A program made the translations under genes and the position numbers. The notes under the pieces are model-generated. The model saw only the letters and a program-made list of their open reading frames with translations, was not told the DNA's origin and searched no databases. Of a stretch of DNA of 64,000 nucleotides, positions 12,191 through 24,545 are shown in pieces. The number at the start of each line of letters is the position of its first letter. Position 1 is the first letter of the stretch. The DNA is from Octopus sinensis (lineage: Eukaryota), in contig NC_042998.1 in assembly GCF_006345805.1 (NCBI RefSeq), positions 104,284,001 to 104,348,000 on the forward strand. The letters run 5' to 3'.

Positions 12191-14345
12191 TCCTTTGTAA
12201 CACAGTGTAGGTAAAATAAGCACCGGAGTCTTTAGTCATCCGTCAAGTCACAACAAGGACCTCAGATAGATAATACTTTTCTTAAGATGTGCGCTGAGCC
12301 TAATAACGCTGCTTGTTGCAAGACATCAATCTTGCATGGGATTTCCAGTTGCCTTAAGAAGTCTTTATTAGCGAAAAGGCTGGCGTTTGTCGTAGATTGC
12401 CAGGTCGGAGAAGTGCAAATGTGCGCATTCCTGAGTAGGTCTATCCGCGACTACCTTCACCTTATGCGATACACCAAAGAAAGGGCTGGGACCAAAGCCG
12501 GCTTCGAGGGTGCTCTGATTAATTTGAATCATGCAAAAGCATTCGATAAGGTTGACCATCGCTACTTGGAAGCCGTCCTGAAAGCAGGTGGTTTCGGACG
12601 TATTTTCAGAGGTAGAATCGCTGCAATGCACAGCGGCACCTGTGCAGTGGTTAAAGTAAGTGACCACCAATCGGATCCGTTTGGCATCGCATGCTCGATC
12701 CGTCAGGGCTGTACACTGTCACCTGTATGTATTGGCACTCGAGCCAAGGAAGGGCAGTGTCAGCATAAGCGGACGACGTCACCGATATGATATTGGACAT
12801 CTCCGAATTGGAGACGGTTGGCATCATCATAAAGGAATATGAGTTGATTGCAGGGGCTAAAATCAACGCCGACAAATCGGTGGTTTTGCGGTTGTCCTCC
12901 TGGAGAGGCATCACGATACCATCAGACCAATTAAACTGCTAAGGGTCGATGAGAACTGGGACAAGGTGGCCAGTCTTACCCCAAAATGGACTGAGATGAA
13001 GCTGGCCCTGTAAGGTCCGGTAGAGTTGGCGAATGCTTACATCGCCTCCGTTATCATTTATCGTCTGATATCGTTGTGCCTTGTCCCGGTTATTGCTTGA
13101 CCAGGTGGGAGCGTCTCTTATTTAAATTCTTGCGGAAAGGACGCGTTCAAATGGTTAGGTGGTTAGTCTGTTGCCAGCATCCTCTGAGTAACGGATTAAG
13201 CATTCCGTGGCTCCTAATGCGCAGACACGCTTTTAGGTTACACCTCCTGCAAAGATTTCGAGCGTGTGTGGGCTCCGTTTGTGAGGCTCGTCTTTCCATA
13301 GCTCGTCTCCTTCCCGGTGTTGCAGTCTGGGTGAAGAAAAGACCGAGACTGGACGCCTAGCACCTAGAATGTTGTCAGATGCTCACAGCGTTCTATAAGT
13401 CGGGCAATAGGCTCGGTTGATGTTCGGCTTCAGAAATTTATAGAGAATTAGTAACGGGAAAGTGCGACGACGTTCTCGGGGAGATTCTGAGCAACGAAAA
13501 CATACTGGCTAGACGGTTCCGGAGGACTTTCCGGTCGGGACCTATCATAGATAATTTCCAGTTGGCATTGGTGTAGCAGTGTTACCAGGGCGTGGGAGTG
13601 GGGCTCTACCAGTTTGAGATAAAATCTACAGGCTCTGATGTGCTGTCAGACGGACTTTTCTGGGGTGCACGCAGAGTGACGAAGCCATTTTGCACGCACT
13701 CGTTCAGTGTCCGGGTAATGTGGGGTATGTCGAACAGCTGCTGTTATGTGTGGGACGGATACGTCTGCCGGTCGAGTCTGTAGCGATGATTGCACTGCCG
13801 CGCTCCTTCAATCGAGCAGGCAAGGCAGTTTTCCTTTGCCTGGTGGCTGTAGCGAAGGAGGTTGTTTGGTGGACAAGGCTGAAAGCCATGAGGACAGACA
13901 CATTCCGCTTTGGTAGAGCCCTCATTGACTTCTTCAAGTTTCACTCGAAAAGGAAATTGAGAGTAGAGAGGCAAGTGCTTTCCTCGAGTGAGTTTATTGA
14001 AAGATGAGTGAAAGTTGCGAAAATGGCAAGGGTGGACGTTACCTCTCTAAGTGTAGAGAAGGAATTGGAGCGGGCACTTGCTCCAAGGGTTTCAGGGAAA
14101 TCTCGGACAGTGGGGTTCCTCGATTATCCCTAGAGGCCTTCCTGTATCAGGAGTGCCACATCTCTATCATCCTCTCCGCCACTGTTTTTTTAACCTCTGT
14201 ATGCTATAGATATGTCTCTTTTTCTGCGTATATCTTGTATTTTTCTTTTATAATTTCATATGTAAACCCCCACACTTTATGTCTGTCTTTGTATTGTACA
14301 CCCCCGCTACCCCCACCCCCAACTTTCGCCATTGTGGCAAATAAC
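12191..14345 (+). mobile_element. L1/Tx1-type LINE ORF2 remnant (RT to C-terminal zinc motif, plus 3'UTR)
   Basis: LAKRL..INLNHAKAFDKVDHRYL..IRQGCTLSP..LYVLALEP; GTCAGCATAAGCGGACGACGTC = VSA*ADDV (YADD with a stop); GAKINADKS; CTQSDEAILHALVQCP; VAKEVVWWTR. Multiple frameshifts, 5'-truncated. Clade call is from motif resemblance only. Confidence 0.85.
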
Positions 14346-14352
14346 TGAATTC

Positions 14353-14656
14353 TTTATGCTGGGTATGATGGTAAGTGTCAGCTGTCCACAGCCAGCAGAC
14401 TAAAGTGACACTTGTTTACTGGTCATGCTTTAAGAACTCTGCGAATAATTCTTGCAGCTCAAAGCAATGCTGATTTTTGTAGGTGTTCTACCTTCACACT
14501 TGCACCGATTTTTTCAGCCATGTTGATAGTTGAGTGCTGATACTTTCAAGTGCACCAATTACTATTTCTATCACGACTGTTGTCACCGGGGCATGCTATG
14601 TCGATTATCATAAATGTTCTTTCTTTTTTATTCACCACAACAATGTCCGATTTCCG
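14353..14656 (-). mobile_element. R4-type LINE 3' remnant (RLE domain), old copy
   Basis: RKSDIVVVNKKERTFMIIDIACPGDN / VIGALESI / VKVEHLQKSALL*AARIIRRVLKA*. Abuts the Tx1 3' end tail-to-tail. Confidence 0.75.
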
Positions 14657-14703
14657 ATAATAATATCAGCAACAACAATAACAACAATAATAATAAGTAT
14701 TAT

Positions 14704-14768
<65 letters not shown>

Positions 14769-14797
14769 TCATAATTATTATTAGTAATAGCAGCAGC

Positions 14798-14849
<52 letters not shown>

Positions 14850-14850
<1 letters not shown>

Positions 14851-15039
14851 GTGATTAGCTGGTAGAATCGTTTGCACGCCAGGTTAAATGCTTAGCGGTA
14901 TTTTGCCCATCGCTATGTTATGCGTTCAAATTCTGCCGAGGTCAACTTTGCCTTTCATCATTTCGGGGTCCATGAAATAAGTACCAATTGTGTACTAGGG
15001 TCCTTCTAATCAACTGGCTCTCTCCTCCGAAATTTCAGA

Positions 15040-15043
<4 letters not shown>
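14850..15043 (+). mobile_element. SINE family A
   Basis: GGTGATTAGCTGGTAGAATCG..GTTCAAATTCTGCCGAGGTCAACTTTGCCTTTCATCATTTCGGGG; lies between (TAG)n and (TTA)n. Confidence 0.85.
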
Positions 15044-15102
<59 letters not shown>

Positions 15103-15103
<1 letters not shown>

Positions 15104-15335
15104 TGTTTGACTTTTGTTTTGTATTTGTACAAGTTTGTTCCAAGTCTCACCCAAAGACCTCAAGATCAACAAGTTAGAAGTTCATGTTGGTGTTATGCAT
15201 AGGGTGTCATATATTTGGTTTTGCACATAGTATCGTTCTAGAGAATGCTTAAGAAAACATAAGAAAATTATGAGTTTGTTTTAAAATTTGAGATTACATA
15301 GATAGTATTTTACGTAGGATATGGGCAGTTCCCAT
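15103..15335 (-). mobile_element. R4-type LINE extreme 3' end (lineage X, same as 42312-42994)
   Basis: Reverse complement encodes MGTAHILRKILSM* followed by a 3'UTR alignable to 42804-42994. (TAA)n on both sides in the sense direction. Confidence 0.85.
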
Positions 15336-15343
15336 TATTATTA

Positions 15344-15677
15344 TTTCTCTTTATCACAGGTTTTGTTGGAGCTCCTGCTATCTGTTCTTTTCAACTATCT
15401 AATACTTTCCTGATCATTCTGGCTGAGGCCAAGGAGACAAACCTTTTGTTACAATTCTACTGGGTATCTTTTGTTACAGTACCTATTGGATGCCCGCGGA
15501 TGATAGCCTCCTTACATCATTAAAAGCTTTCTTGTCTTCCTATCCATCTCCTTTAGTTTCTCCTCTGCCCAATCCAGAATTACAACGTCATACCAAACGA
15601 ATGCGACTGCGAGCGAGTTTACTGCCGAAATTATGTCTCTGGCATTCAGCTTTGAAGCCAATATTTATCTAACTCGT
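15344..15677 (-). mobile_element. R4-type LINE remnant with internal deletions (lineage Y)
   Basis: RVR*ILASKLNARDIISAVNSLAVAFVWYDVVILDWAEEKLKEMDRKTRKL..YHPRA is joined to IGTVTK..VEL*QKVVSLASARMIRKVLDS*. Confidence 0.8.
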
Positions 15678-15701
15678 CATCATCATCATCATTATTATTA
15701 T

Positions 15702-16646
15702 TTTCTTTTGATCTGCATTTTATTTCATTTTCCGACCGGGTCTGAACCAGAGACCTAATTCTTGTATATATTAGATGGAGAGAAACCTCCTGAGAATGTG
15801 GGCGGTTGATGTCAACATATCGGTTTTACAGTTTTCTGGTAAAAAAAAATGTCACTGTCTTTCTTGATCATTCCCAGGATATCTACAACAGATTTGATTA
15901 TGGTTTTTAATTATCACGTCCTTATATTTCGACAGTTTTTCAGTTCATTTGCTTAGATGTTTTCAAGCATGTTTCAGTTCATTTGCTTAGATGTTTTCAA
16001 GCATGTTTTTGTCTCAGGTCTTTGATGTCTAATCTGTCAGCATTTATTTACCTGACTGCATGTATCCCATAATCCTATATGATGGTAATATTCTCTCCTT
16101 CAGATGGCTCTGGAAGGTGTGCATATCAGTTCTTAGGGTGCGGGATAACATAGTGACGGCATACATTCCAATGCAAGCATTGGCCAACCCGATCATTTTA
16201 TATTCTGTAGGGGCAAGGACTGAGCAACTGGTAACAATGTGGTCAATACTCTCCAATTTGTCATTGCAAAGCCTACACTTTATGTCTACCTCATTGTTGT
16301 GACATTAGCAGGGTAATTCCAAGTGAGAAGACTCTGATCTTGTACCGCTAGGATAACTCCTGTTTCTGCTTTCAAATCAGCACACTGCAGCCACTGATGG
16401 GTTCTTCTCATATCTACATCAGCTGGCCCTACTGGATTGGCGTATTGCCTATGCAATGGTTTTTCTTGCCACAGTCTCAATATTATCTTCAAACTTTTAT
16501 GTTTGGTATTTGTTTTACACAATGTTGCTGCCTTATAGCGTGGTGTGTCCTCTTTATCATCATAACTATAAAGGTTAAGCGCTCATCTATTTTTATATGC
16601 CTCATTTGAGACTGATTGCAGTTTCTTACTCTGATTATATTGCCTT
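15702..16646 (-). mobile_element. R4-type LINE 3' remnant (lineage Z)
   Basis: LWQEKPLH..THQWLQCADLKAETG..AVQDQSLLT, ESIDHIVTSCSVLAPTEY (CCHC region), ILGMIKK..STAHILRRFLSI*. Contains a 34-bp tandem duplication at 15938-16005. Confidence 0.8.
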
Positions 16647-17141
<495 letters not shown>

Positions 17142-17172
17142 TATTATTATTATTATTATTGTTATTATTATT

Positions 17173-17480
17173 AAGGCGGCGAGCTGGCAGAAACGTTAGC
17201 ATGCCGGGCAAAATACTTAGCGGTTTTTCGTCTGCCGCTACGTTCTGAGTTCAAATTCTGCCGAGGTCGACTTTGCCTTTCATCCTTTCGGGGTCGATTA
17301 AATAAGTACCAGTTACGCACTGGGATCGATGTAATCGACTTAATCCGTGTGTCTGTCCTTGTTTGTCCCCTCTGTGTTTAGTCCCTTGTGGGAAGTAAAG
17401 AAATAGGTATTTCGTCAATCCGTACGTTCTGCGTTCAAATTTCGCCCTCCCCCAAAACTTTGGGCCTTGTGCCTGGAGTA
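17173..17480 (+). mobile_element. SINE family A, long form
   Basis: AAGGCGGCGAGCTGGCAGAAACGTTAGC head, full core, linker and shortened second unit, within (TTA)n. Confidence 0.92.
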
Positions 17481-17501
17481 TTATTATTTTTTTATTATTA
17501 T

Positions 17502-18501
17502 TCAGTAGCCCTTTTTTTTTATCACGTGCATTCACTGCACTACCGAGCGCAGGTCTTTGTGTCGTATATATATGCTGTGGTTTGTTGTGGTGCTCTTATT
17601 TCCACTGTATTGAATGTGTTTTACGAAGGATGTGTGCGGTGCCTAATAATGCTATATTCTGTGTGTTATATATACTTGTATGTCCTGGTGTTTTGTTATG
17701 TATTTGTCTGAATACCTTTTTTTATTTTTTGTGTTTGTCAGCTTCATTAAGGCCTGAAAATATTTTTTTGTTTTGTTCGTGTTTTGTGGCTATTTGTATT
17801 AGTTTTCATTGCTTCTGAAGTAGGCACTCCTGTAGTCTTATGGTTGTTATTTTGTAATAGTTTTCTAGCTGTATAAAGGCTCTACCTCCTTCGATACTTT
17901 GTGTATATAGCTTTCTATGTCAGATTTTGGGTGATGTATCCCACATCCTGTCATTATTTTTCTTGTTTTCCCGTCTATTTTGATTAGTTCATTTGGAGTC
18001 CAGTTAAGAATATTGTAGCTGTAATTTATAACTGGAATGGCTAGAGTGTTGATACCTATTATCTTGTTCTTCGCATTTAGCTCTGTTTTCAGTATTAATC
18101 TAACTCAATAATAGTATTCCTTTTTTATCTTCTCTTTCATCTGTGTGTTGTATCGTATCTAGTTCATTGATTCCTAAATATTTGTATGTCTGACTTTGGT
18201 CTAATTCCCTTATTTCATTTGCTTTAATCTACTGTGATGTTGTTACTCTTAACTAGGTTTCCTCTTTTCCCCTTTCTAAGCCAAATTTCATGTTCATTTC
18301 TTTGGTAAATCTATTTACTGTCTGTCGCAATGTTTCCAGCTGTTTATCATTTGTAGCATTTAGTTTTAAATCATCCATATACAAGAGATGGTTAAGCGTT
18401 TTGCCGTAACTGTTGTATCCACATCCATTTCTGTTTAACCCGTCAGATAAAAGCGGCAGTGCCAATCAGAAAAGGAGTGGAAAGAGCGTGTCCCCTTGGA
18501 A

Positions 18502-18503
<2 letters not shown>
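17502..18503 (-). mobile_element. R4-type LINE: RT segment fused to the extreme 3' end (lineage W)
   Basis: FQGDTLFPLLF*LAL..LNHLLYMDDLKL..MKFGLE, ELDQSQTYKYLGINE, ILKTELNAKNKIIGINTLAIPVI..HHPKSDIE, then a jump to TPGHTSIYNTQNIALLGTAHILRK and the 3'UTR. (TAA)n flanks. Confidence 0.88.
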
Positions 18504-18554
<51 letters not shown>

Positions 18555-18718
18555 GAGGCGGCCAGGTGATAGAATCGTTAACACATCGGGCGAAATGCTT
18601 AGCGATATTTCGTCTGCCACTTCGTTTTGAGTTCAAATTCCGCCAGTGAAACACTGGAGTCGATACAATTGACAAAACGCCCTCCCCCAAATTTCAGGCC
18701 TATAGTAGAAAGGATTAT
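18555..18718 (+). mobile_element. SINE family A lacking the central core
   Basis: Head and GAGTTCAAATTCCGCC are followed directly by ..ACTGGAGTCGAT..CCCCCAAATTTCAGGCC..AGAAAGGATTA. Confidence 0.8.
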
Positions 18719-19207
18719 CATTATAACTATTCATATCATTATTACTATCATCACTATAATATGCAAGCCTGCTGATATGTTCACTAGGTCTACAGTTAAT
18801 AGCATGTTTATTTAACTTAAGGAGGTTCAGATTTGTGTGGTAGAACATGATATCTGATTTGATAGACAATATTTGACTTATTAATAGTTTTGATGATATT
18901 TATGATATACGATAAAATTTTCCTTACGAATTTTAAATGATAACTATTTATGGTAATTTTCATTTCATATTTAAAGAAAACGGAACAGTAAACCAAATAA
19001 TATTTCCTATCCTGTTTTTTCTAGGGCTATGCATTTCAAGATTATTATTATCATTTGGAATAGTAAAAGTATTATTGTTTACTCCGAGCATGAATTATTT
19101 AAAGACATAAATTTTTTATTTCTAGACTGAGAAATGTTATGATTATATCAATATTAGAAATGCTAAAGGTAATTTTTGTATATTATTATTTTGCATAATG
19201 AATTCAT

Positions 19208-19335
<128 letters not shown>

Positions 19336-19575
19336 GACAATGAAAAAAAAGCATCCTTTGTAGTTTGGATTGTTATTTTAAGTACATTAGACATAAATTT
19401 CTTATCGTATTTGGTATTCGATACTGAATACTAATACCAGTATAAAGGTTAGAATTTAAAGCACCAGACGTGATAGATTGAAATGCATGGATATTATTTA
19501 GCAAAACTTCTTACAACTCTGTTAATATAAGCTTCAATATAACAACAACAACAACAACAACAACAATAATAATAA

Positions 19576-19626
<51 letters not shown>

Positions 19627-19664
19627 AAGAAGAAGAAGAAGAAGAAGAAGAAGAAGAAGAAGGA

Positions 19665-20122
19665 GGGCTACAGCAAATATTCTCCTCAATACCACAGATT
19701 TGCTTGTCAGTTGTTTGACCTTAACTAGTTGAGCATATCCCTTAGTGGCTGACGATATGTGCGTCTCTTATCACGAGCAGAAGTAGTGGGGGAGCATCAT
19801 AGCCATGTGTTGAGAAGGATTCTTTGGGGTTTGAATAATTCACCTATGGAAACATCAGTGTTTCATTCAACATCCTTAAATAACCCTTATTCAGGGACCT
19901 TTTGAGCGAGATGGGTTACTCGACCAGAAGAACTTTCTCACTGGGCCCCACCTGCAAGGTCATATGCTGTTTATCTTGATATAAGATCACCATATTGCGC
20001 ACATATGGTTGTGATGCATGTGCCTGGTGTACCCTTATCAGACGGGTAGTCATGATGGGTATACTGGGTTTAATATATTTTATCCCAGTGTCACTTTGAT
20101 GGCATGCACTGCTCTCTCACTC
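19665..20122 (+). mobile_element. ~520-bp non-coding repeat ending CTCTCTCACTC(AAT)n (5'-truncated copy)
   Basis: High similarity by eye to 25495-26016 (minus) and 37484-37796. Preceded by (TAG)n(GAA)n and followed by (AAT)n. Confidence 0.85.
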
Positions 20123-20188
<66 letters not shown>

Positions 20189-20232
20189 TAAAATAATAAA
20201 AAAAAAATAATAATAATAAAAAAAAAATAAAA

Positions 20233-20455
20233 GGCATGATAAAAAAATATTCAGACAAATACATAACAAAAACACCAGGACTTACAAACACATATAACAT
20301 ACAGAAAATTGCACTACTAGGCACTGCACACATCCTACGCAGAACACTTTCCATACAATAACCATCAGAGCATCACAACAAATCACAGCACATACCCAAG
20401 GCACACAGAGCTGCGCTCGGTAGTGAAGTGAAAGCACGCTATAAAAATAAAACTA

Positions 20456-20460
<5 letters not shown>
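20233..20460 (+). mobile_element. R4-type LINE extreme 3' end (lineage W)
   Basis: [42 protein letters not shown], then a 3'UTR ending ACTACTGAA(TAA)n. Confidence 0.88.
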
Positions 20461-20508
<48 letters not shown>

Positions 20509-20998
20509 GTACTACTGCCACCGATAGCAACAGCAATAATAAAAGTGATGGGAGGATGATTGTAGAGTTGACCAAATGAACATACTCGACTGAAATGTAA
20601 CCATTTCTGGAGCAACAACAGAATTCAATGAAAACAGGAATGTAATTTACAACAATCCAAAATATAGCCAAACAATTATTATTTAAGTACGGTCAAAGTA
20701 AAGAATCCTTGACGGGCCCACCAAACCACATACTGAGCCACATACTGATTGGTCAGAATACAGTTTGTAAGTTTCAGCCTGCTGGAGCTCATCGGATGTC
20801 ACTACAATTGTCAATTGTGGAACACGATTGTCACTACATAAACCTGCTGATTGCGTAACGCATGAAAATACTAGTTTATTTCAGTATTGTAAAATTGTAA
20901 AAATTGCAAATAATAAAACGTGAAAATCAGACTAAGTTGGAATTTCAATGATTAATATATTTTTCTTTACACAATCATACAAACTCGTATATATATAT

Positions 20999-21155
20999 GA
21001 GCGTAGGCTCGAAACGTGAAAGACTTGTTTCATTTATATTTCCTGAGCGCCATACTAATACAATTGTTTGTTTGTATTCCACCTGCCTTCATCTTTTGTT
21101 TATTTCCGTAAACTTGCCTTCGTCTTTTGTCTATTTTCATAAAGCTTCCCATTAT
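20999..21155 (+). mobile_element. Penelope-like terminal fragment with the 3' half of a hammerhead motif
   Basis: GAGC-GTAG-GCTC-GAAA-CGT-G-AAAGAC directly after (TA)n. Downstream T-rich sequence resembles 63705-63808. Confidence 0.5.
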
Positions 21156-21179
21156 ATATATGTATATGTGTTTTTCTAG

Positions 21180-22395
21180 TTTTCAGATGCTGTCCAAGGG
21201 CTGCGGCCATGCTGTGGCACAGCCGTTTGCTTTGCTACATTATCAATAAACCTCCTCTAATGTGTGGCATTTGGTGGGTGGGGGAGTTTGATGTCACTAC
21301 CCTCATCTGTATTTCTTGCCTTGAAGTAGGTTTATCAGGAACTGTTACAGAAGCTCCAGTTTTGTTTTGAAAACGCCCACATGCACGCCATGCAGGTCTC
21401 TCAGGCTTTGTGTTGTATAGCTTCGCTGGGTCACCTCGAGTTCCCTCGTTGATTTTACACTGTTTAGTGTCCACAATTAGGGTCAGTAATCCAGGCAACA
21501 GATGCATTGTTACTCATAACGATGCTGAGATCAAACACTGATTTTGATTCAGGACTCACAATCCTCCTGAGCCAGTGTATCCTGTCTGCTTTTCATTGAG
21601 CTTCGTGTGTTGGTAGCGTAGGGCTTGGAATTTTGCAGCATTAAACTGCATGTTATTTTCTTCACTCCACATCTATATTGTGCCCAAATTCCATTGCAGA
21701 TTCGCAACGTCTACAGGGTTCTGTATCTTCTGAGAGACTTTTTATCGTCTGTATAGCTAGCAAGGGTGGCTGCTTGGGCAGCTGAGGGCATGTCTGAGAA
21801 GGCTACTATGAATAACAGCAGCCTCAAGACAGTGCCCAGTGGAACACCACTCATTATTTGTGTTTCCTTGAAAGTGGCTCCGTTGGTCTCTACTACCTGA
21901 CTTCTATCTTTTAGAAAGTCATATAGCCATTCTCCAAGTTTTCCAACTATCCTAAGATTACGCAGCTTGTGACATATCATATCCTGGTCACCTTTGTCAA
22001 AGGCTTTTGCCAAGTCAAGGTACATCACGCCCACATTGTTGTTAAGCAGACTTGAGATGGATTGCTGAGAATCCAGCGGTGCCAGCAGCTGAGTTTGTGT
22101 TTACATCGTCTATACCTCTTCTTTGATACTGATATAGTCAATATTTTCTGCCTCCGTTTCTGCATCTGTAGCTGTAAATAATTCTAAAGGTTTGGTAACT
22201 TCCATGTGCTGAAAGGGTGGGGTGAAACACTTTCGAATTGTTCATTCAGTGTTTCACTTATCCTCATTGAGTTTTCCGTGAGGGAGCCATGTTTTCGGAG
22301 GAGTGACCCTACCCTGCAACGCACGGAGGTAGTTTCCATGGCGTATCTAATAAAGGCTTTAGGGTTTCATTTTATATTTGTTATGACCCAGGTTT
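21180..22395 (-). mobile_element. CR1-type LINE ORF2 remnant with internal deletions and 3' tail
   Basis: NPKAFIRYA..ISETLNEQFESV; YLDLAKAFDK..GKLGEWLYDFLKDRSQVV..SGVPLGTVLRLLLF..SYTDD; ..NMQFNAAKFQAL; C-terminus VPDKPTSRQEIQMR..NSPTHQM; tail GGCTGTGCCACAGCATGGCCGCAG..CTGAAA. Confidence 0.88.
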
Positions 22396-22522
22396 CTTTG
22401 TATGCATGTATGTATGTATGTATGTATTTATTTATTTATGTATGTATAAGCAAAAGTGCTACTTCTAAAATATTGCTAAGAGATCAGCGCAGTAGCTGTA
22501 CTGACAAGTAATATTCCAAGCT

Positions 22523-22866
22523 ACTTTAACATGGCTGTCCATTCGAGCGGACTCTACTGCGAAATTCTAACCCCAAGAGGACTTGTAAAATCAGCGACTG
22601 TGTGTTCGCTTGATATGTATATATTACGTGCGGAAGCGAGTTGCTATCATCTCTGGCAGACGAAGTGTCCAGTACTGAGGATTTACAGAAATAGGCCGAA
22701 ATCAGGACTGGTCTACTGGTCCGGTCGCTTGGAGATGGTAAGGGTTCGCTCCCCTGATCGCAATTTTACCACATGCAGCTGTATTTCGTTAACCAGCTAG
22801 AGGAAATGCCCTCTTGGGTTTAAAAATCACAGTAGAGTCCGCTCGAACGGACAGCCATGTTAAAGT
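22523..22866. mobile_element. Unclassified TIR element (MITE-like, 344 bp)
   Basis: TIR ACTTTAACATGGCTGTCC(A/G)TTCGAGCGGACTCTACTG (37 bp, 1 mismatch) extends imperfectly to ~58 bp (..CCAAGAGG). Non-coding interior. Confidence 0.8.
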
Positions 22867-22881
22867 GACTACGAATATTAT

Positions 22882-22977
<96 letters not shown>

Positions 22978-22982
22978 ACACA

Positions 22983-23021
<39 letters not shown>

Positions 23022-23132
23022 ACACACACATATATATATATACATATACATACATACATCTAATACACAGTCATATATATTGTGAGCCGTAGTTTTCTCT
23101 CCTTTGATCTTTAACTTTTTTTCATTTACTAA

Positions 23133-23279
23133 TAACAATGATAACAATAAAAGAATCATCATTCGTCACCACCACCACCACCACTACCACCATCATCATC
23201 ATCATTAACAATGATAACAATAAAAGAATCATCATTCGTCACCACCACCACCACCACTACCACCACCATCATCATCATT
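23133..23279. repeat. Tandem duplication, ~73-bp unit x2
   Basis: TAACAATGATAACAATAAAAGAATCATCATTCGTCACCACC..CATCATT occurs at 23133 and again at 23206. Confidence 0.9.
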
Positions 23280-23701
23280 GTAAACGCAACTTTCCAAATT
23301 CCCCTGTGTAGCAGGTGTGTACTCTTGTCCGACTCAACTTCTTCGTGCCTGCATGCATACATACATACATACAAACATACTACATACATACATACATACA
23401 TACATACATACATACATACATGCATACATACATACATACATACATACATACATACATACATACATACATACATACATACTTGCGATTTGATACTACACGT
23501 CCCATCTTTTTTTTTTCTTTTTGTGTGACCGAGATGAATACTGGACATATGTGATAAAATGCCGGAATCTGAGACAACTTGTGACAATAGTCACACACTT
23601 GCTGACGAACCTTCTGCTAACGAGAATTTCTTGAATTGTTTGGTAAATCTTGTTGCCATGAAGAATTAAAGATTTATTTCTCGCAAGATTAGAACTCATG
23701 A

Positions 23702-24002
23702 GGAGGCACAATGCCTAGTTAGAGCAGCGGACTCGCGGTCGAGGGATCGCGAGTTCGAATCTCAGACCGGGTGATGTGTGTTTATCAGCGAAACACATAA
23801 GCTCTACGCGGCTCCGGCAGAAGGTAATGGCGAACTTCTGCTGACTCTTTCGTCACAACTTTCTCTCATTCTTTCCTCCTGCATCTTGCAGCTCACCTGC
23901 AACGAACCGGCGTCCCGTCGAGGTGGGGAACCTATACGACAAGGAAACCGAGAAACAGCCCCTTATGAGCCAGGCATGGCTCGAGAAAGAACAATGAAAA
24001 AT
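23702..24002 (+). mobile_element. SINE family C (tRNA-derived), full-length with 17-bp TSD
   Basis: Head ..GCCTAGTTAGAGCAGCGGACTCGCGGTCGAGGGATCGCGAGTTCGAATCTC (B-box). TSD AAGATTAGAACTCATGA at 23685-23701 and 24003-24019. Confidence 0.92.
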
Positions 24003-24545
24003 AAGATTAGAACTCATGAAACATTCTCAAAAGAGTCCAAGTGCTCGGATCAGGTTTCTGAGTTAAGGGTGACGCTTTACTGTTTCTCTAACAATCTCGG
24101 AGGTAGACAACAAAAACAGGTTCACTGCATTGCCACTCAGAATAAGCAAAGACAAAACAAGATTTTCTTATCGATAGATATACAACATTCTTACATATGT
24201 TTCGTTTCGTTTTCCTAAAGACTACGCTATTTAAAAGTGGCTCAGTGAAAAGCTATTAGAGAAAAATTGATAAAAGGTAGCTAATTTGTTAAGTAATACA
24301 TATCAAAGATACAATATGATCAATGATTTTTACCTCTTCCGCATATTGTTGTGAACTGGCCAACATCGCTAGTTTGGTTATTACTTGGTAATCCCTCGGT
24401 GCTTCCTTGAAGAAAAACAAACAAAAATTGGATAAGTAACGATATACATTAAGTAAATCGTAACTACTTTTATAAAGATGAATACATAGATATATAGAGA
24501 GAGATGTGATAGATGTTTGCATGTAGGTGGTGTGTGTACTTCCTT

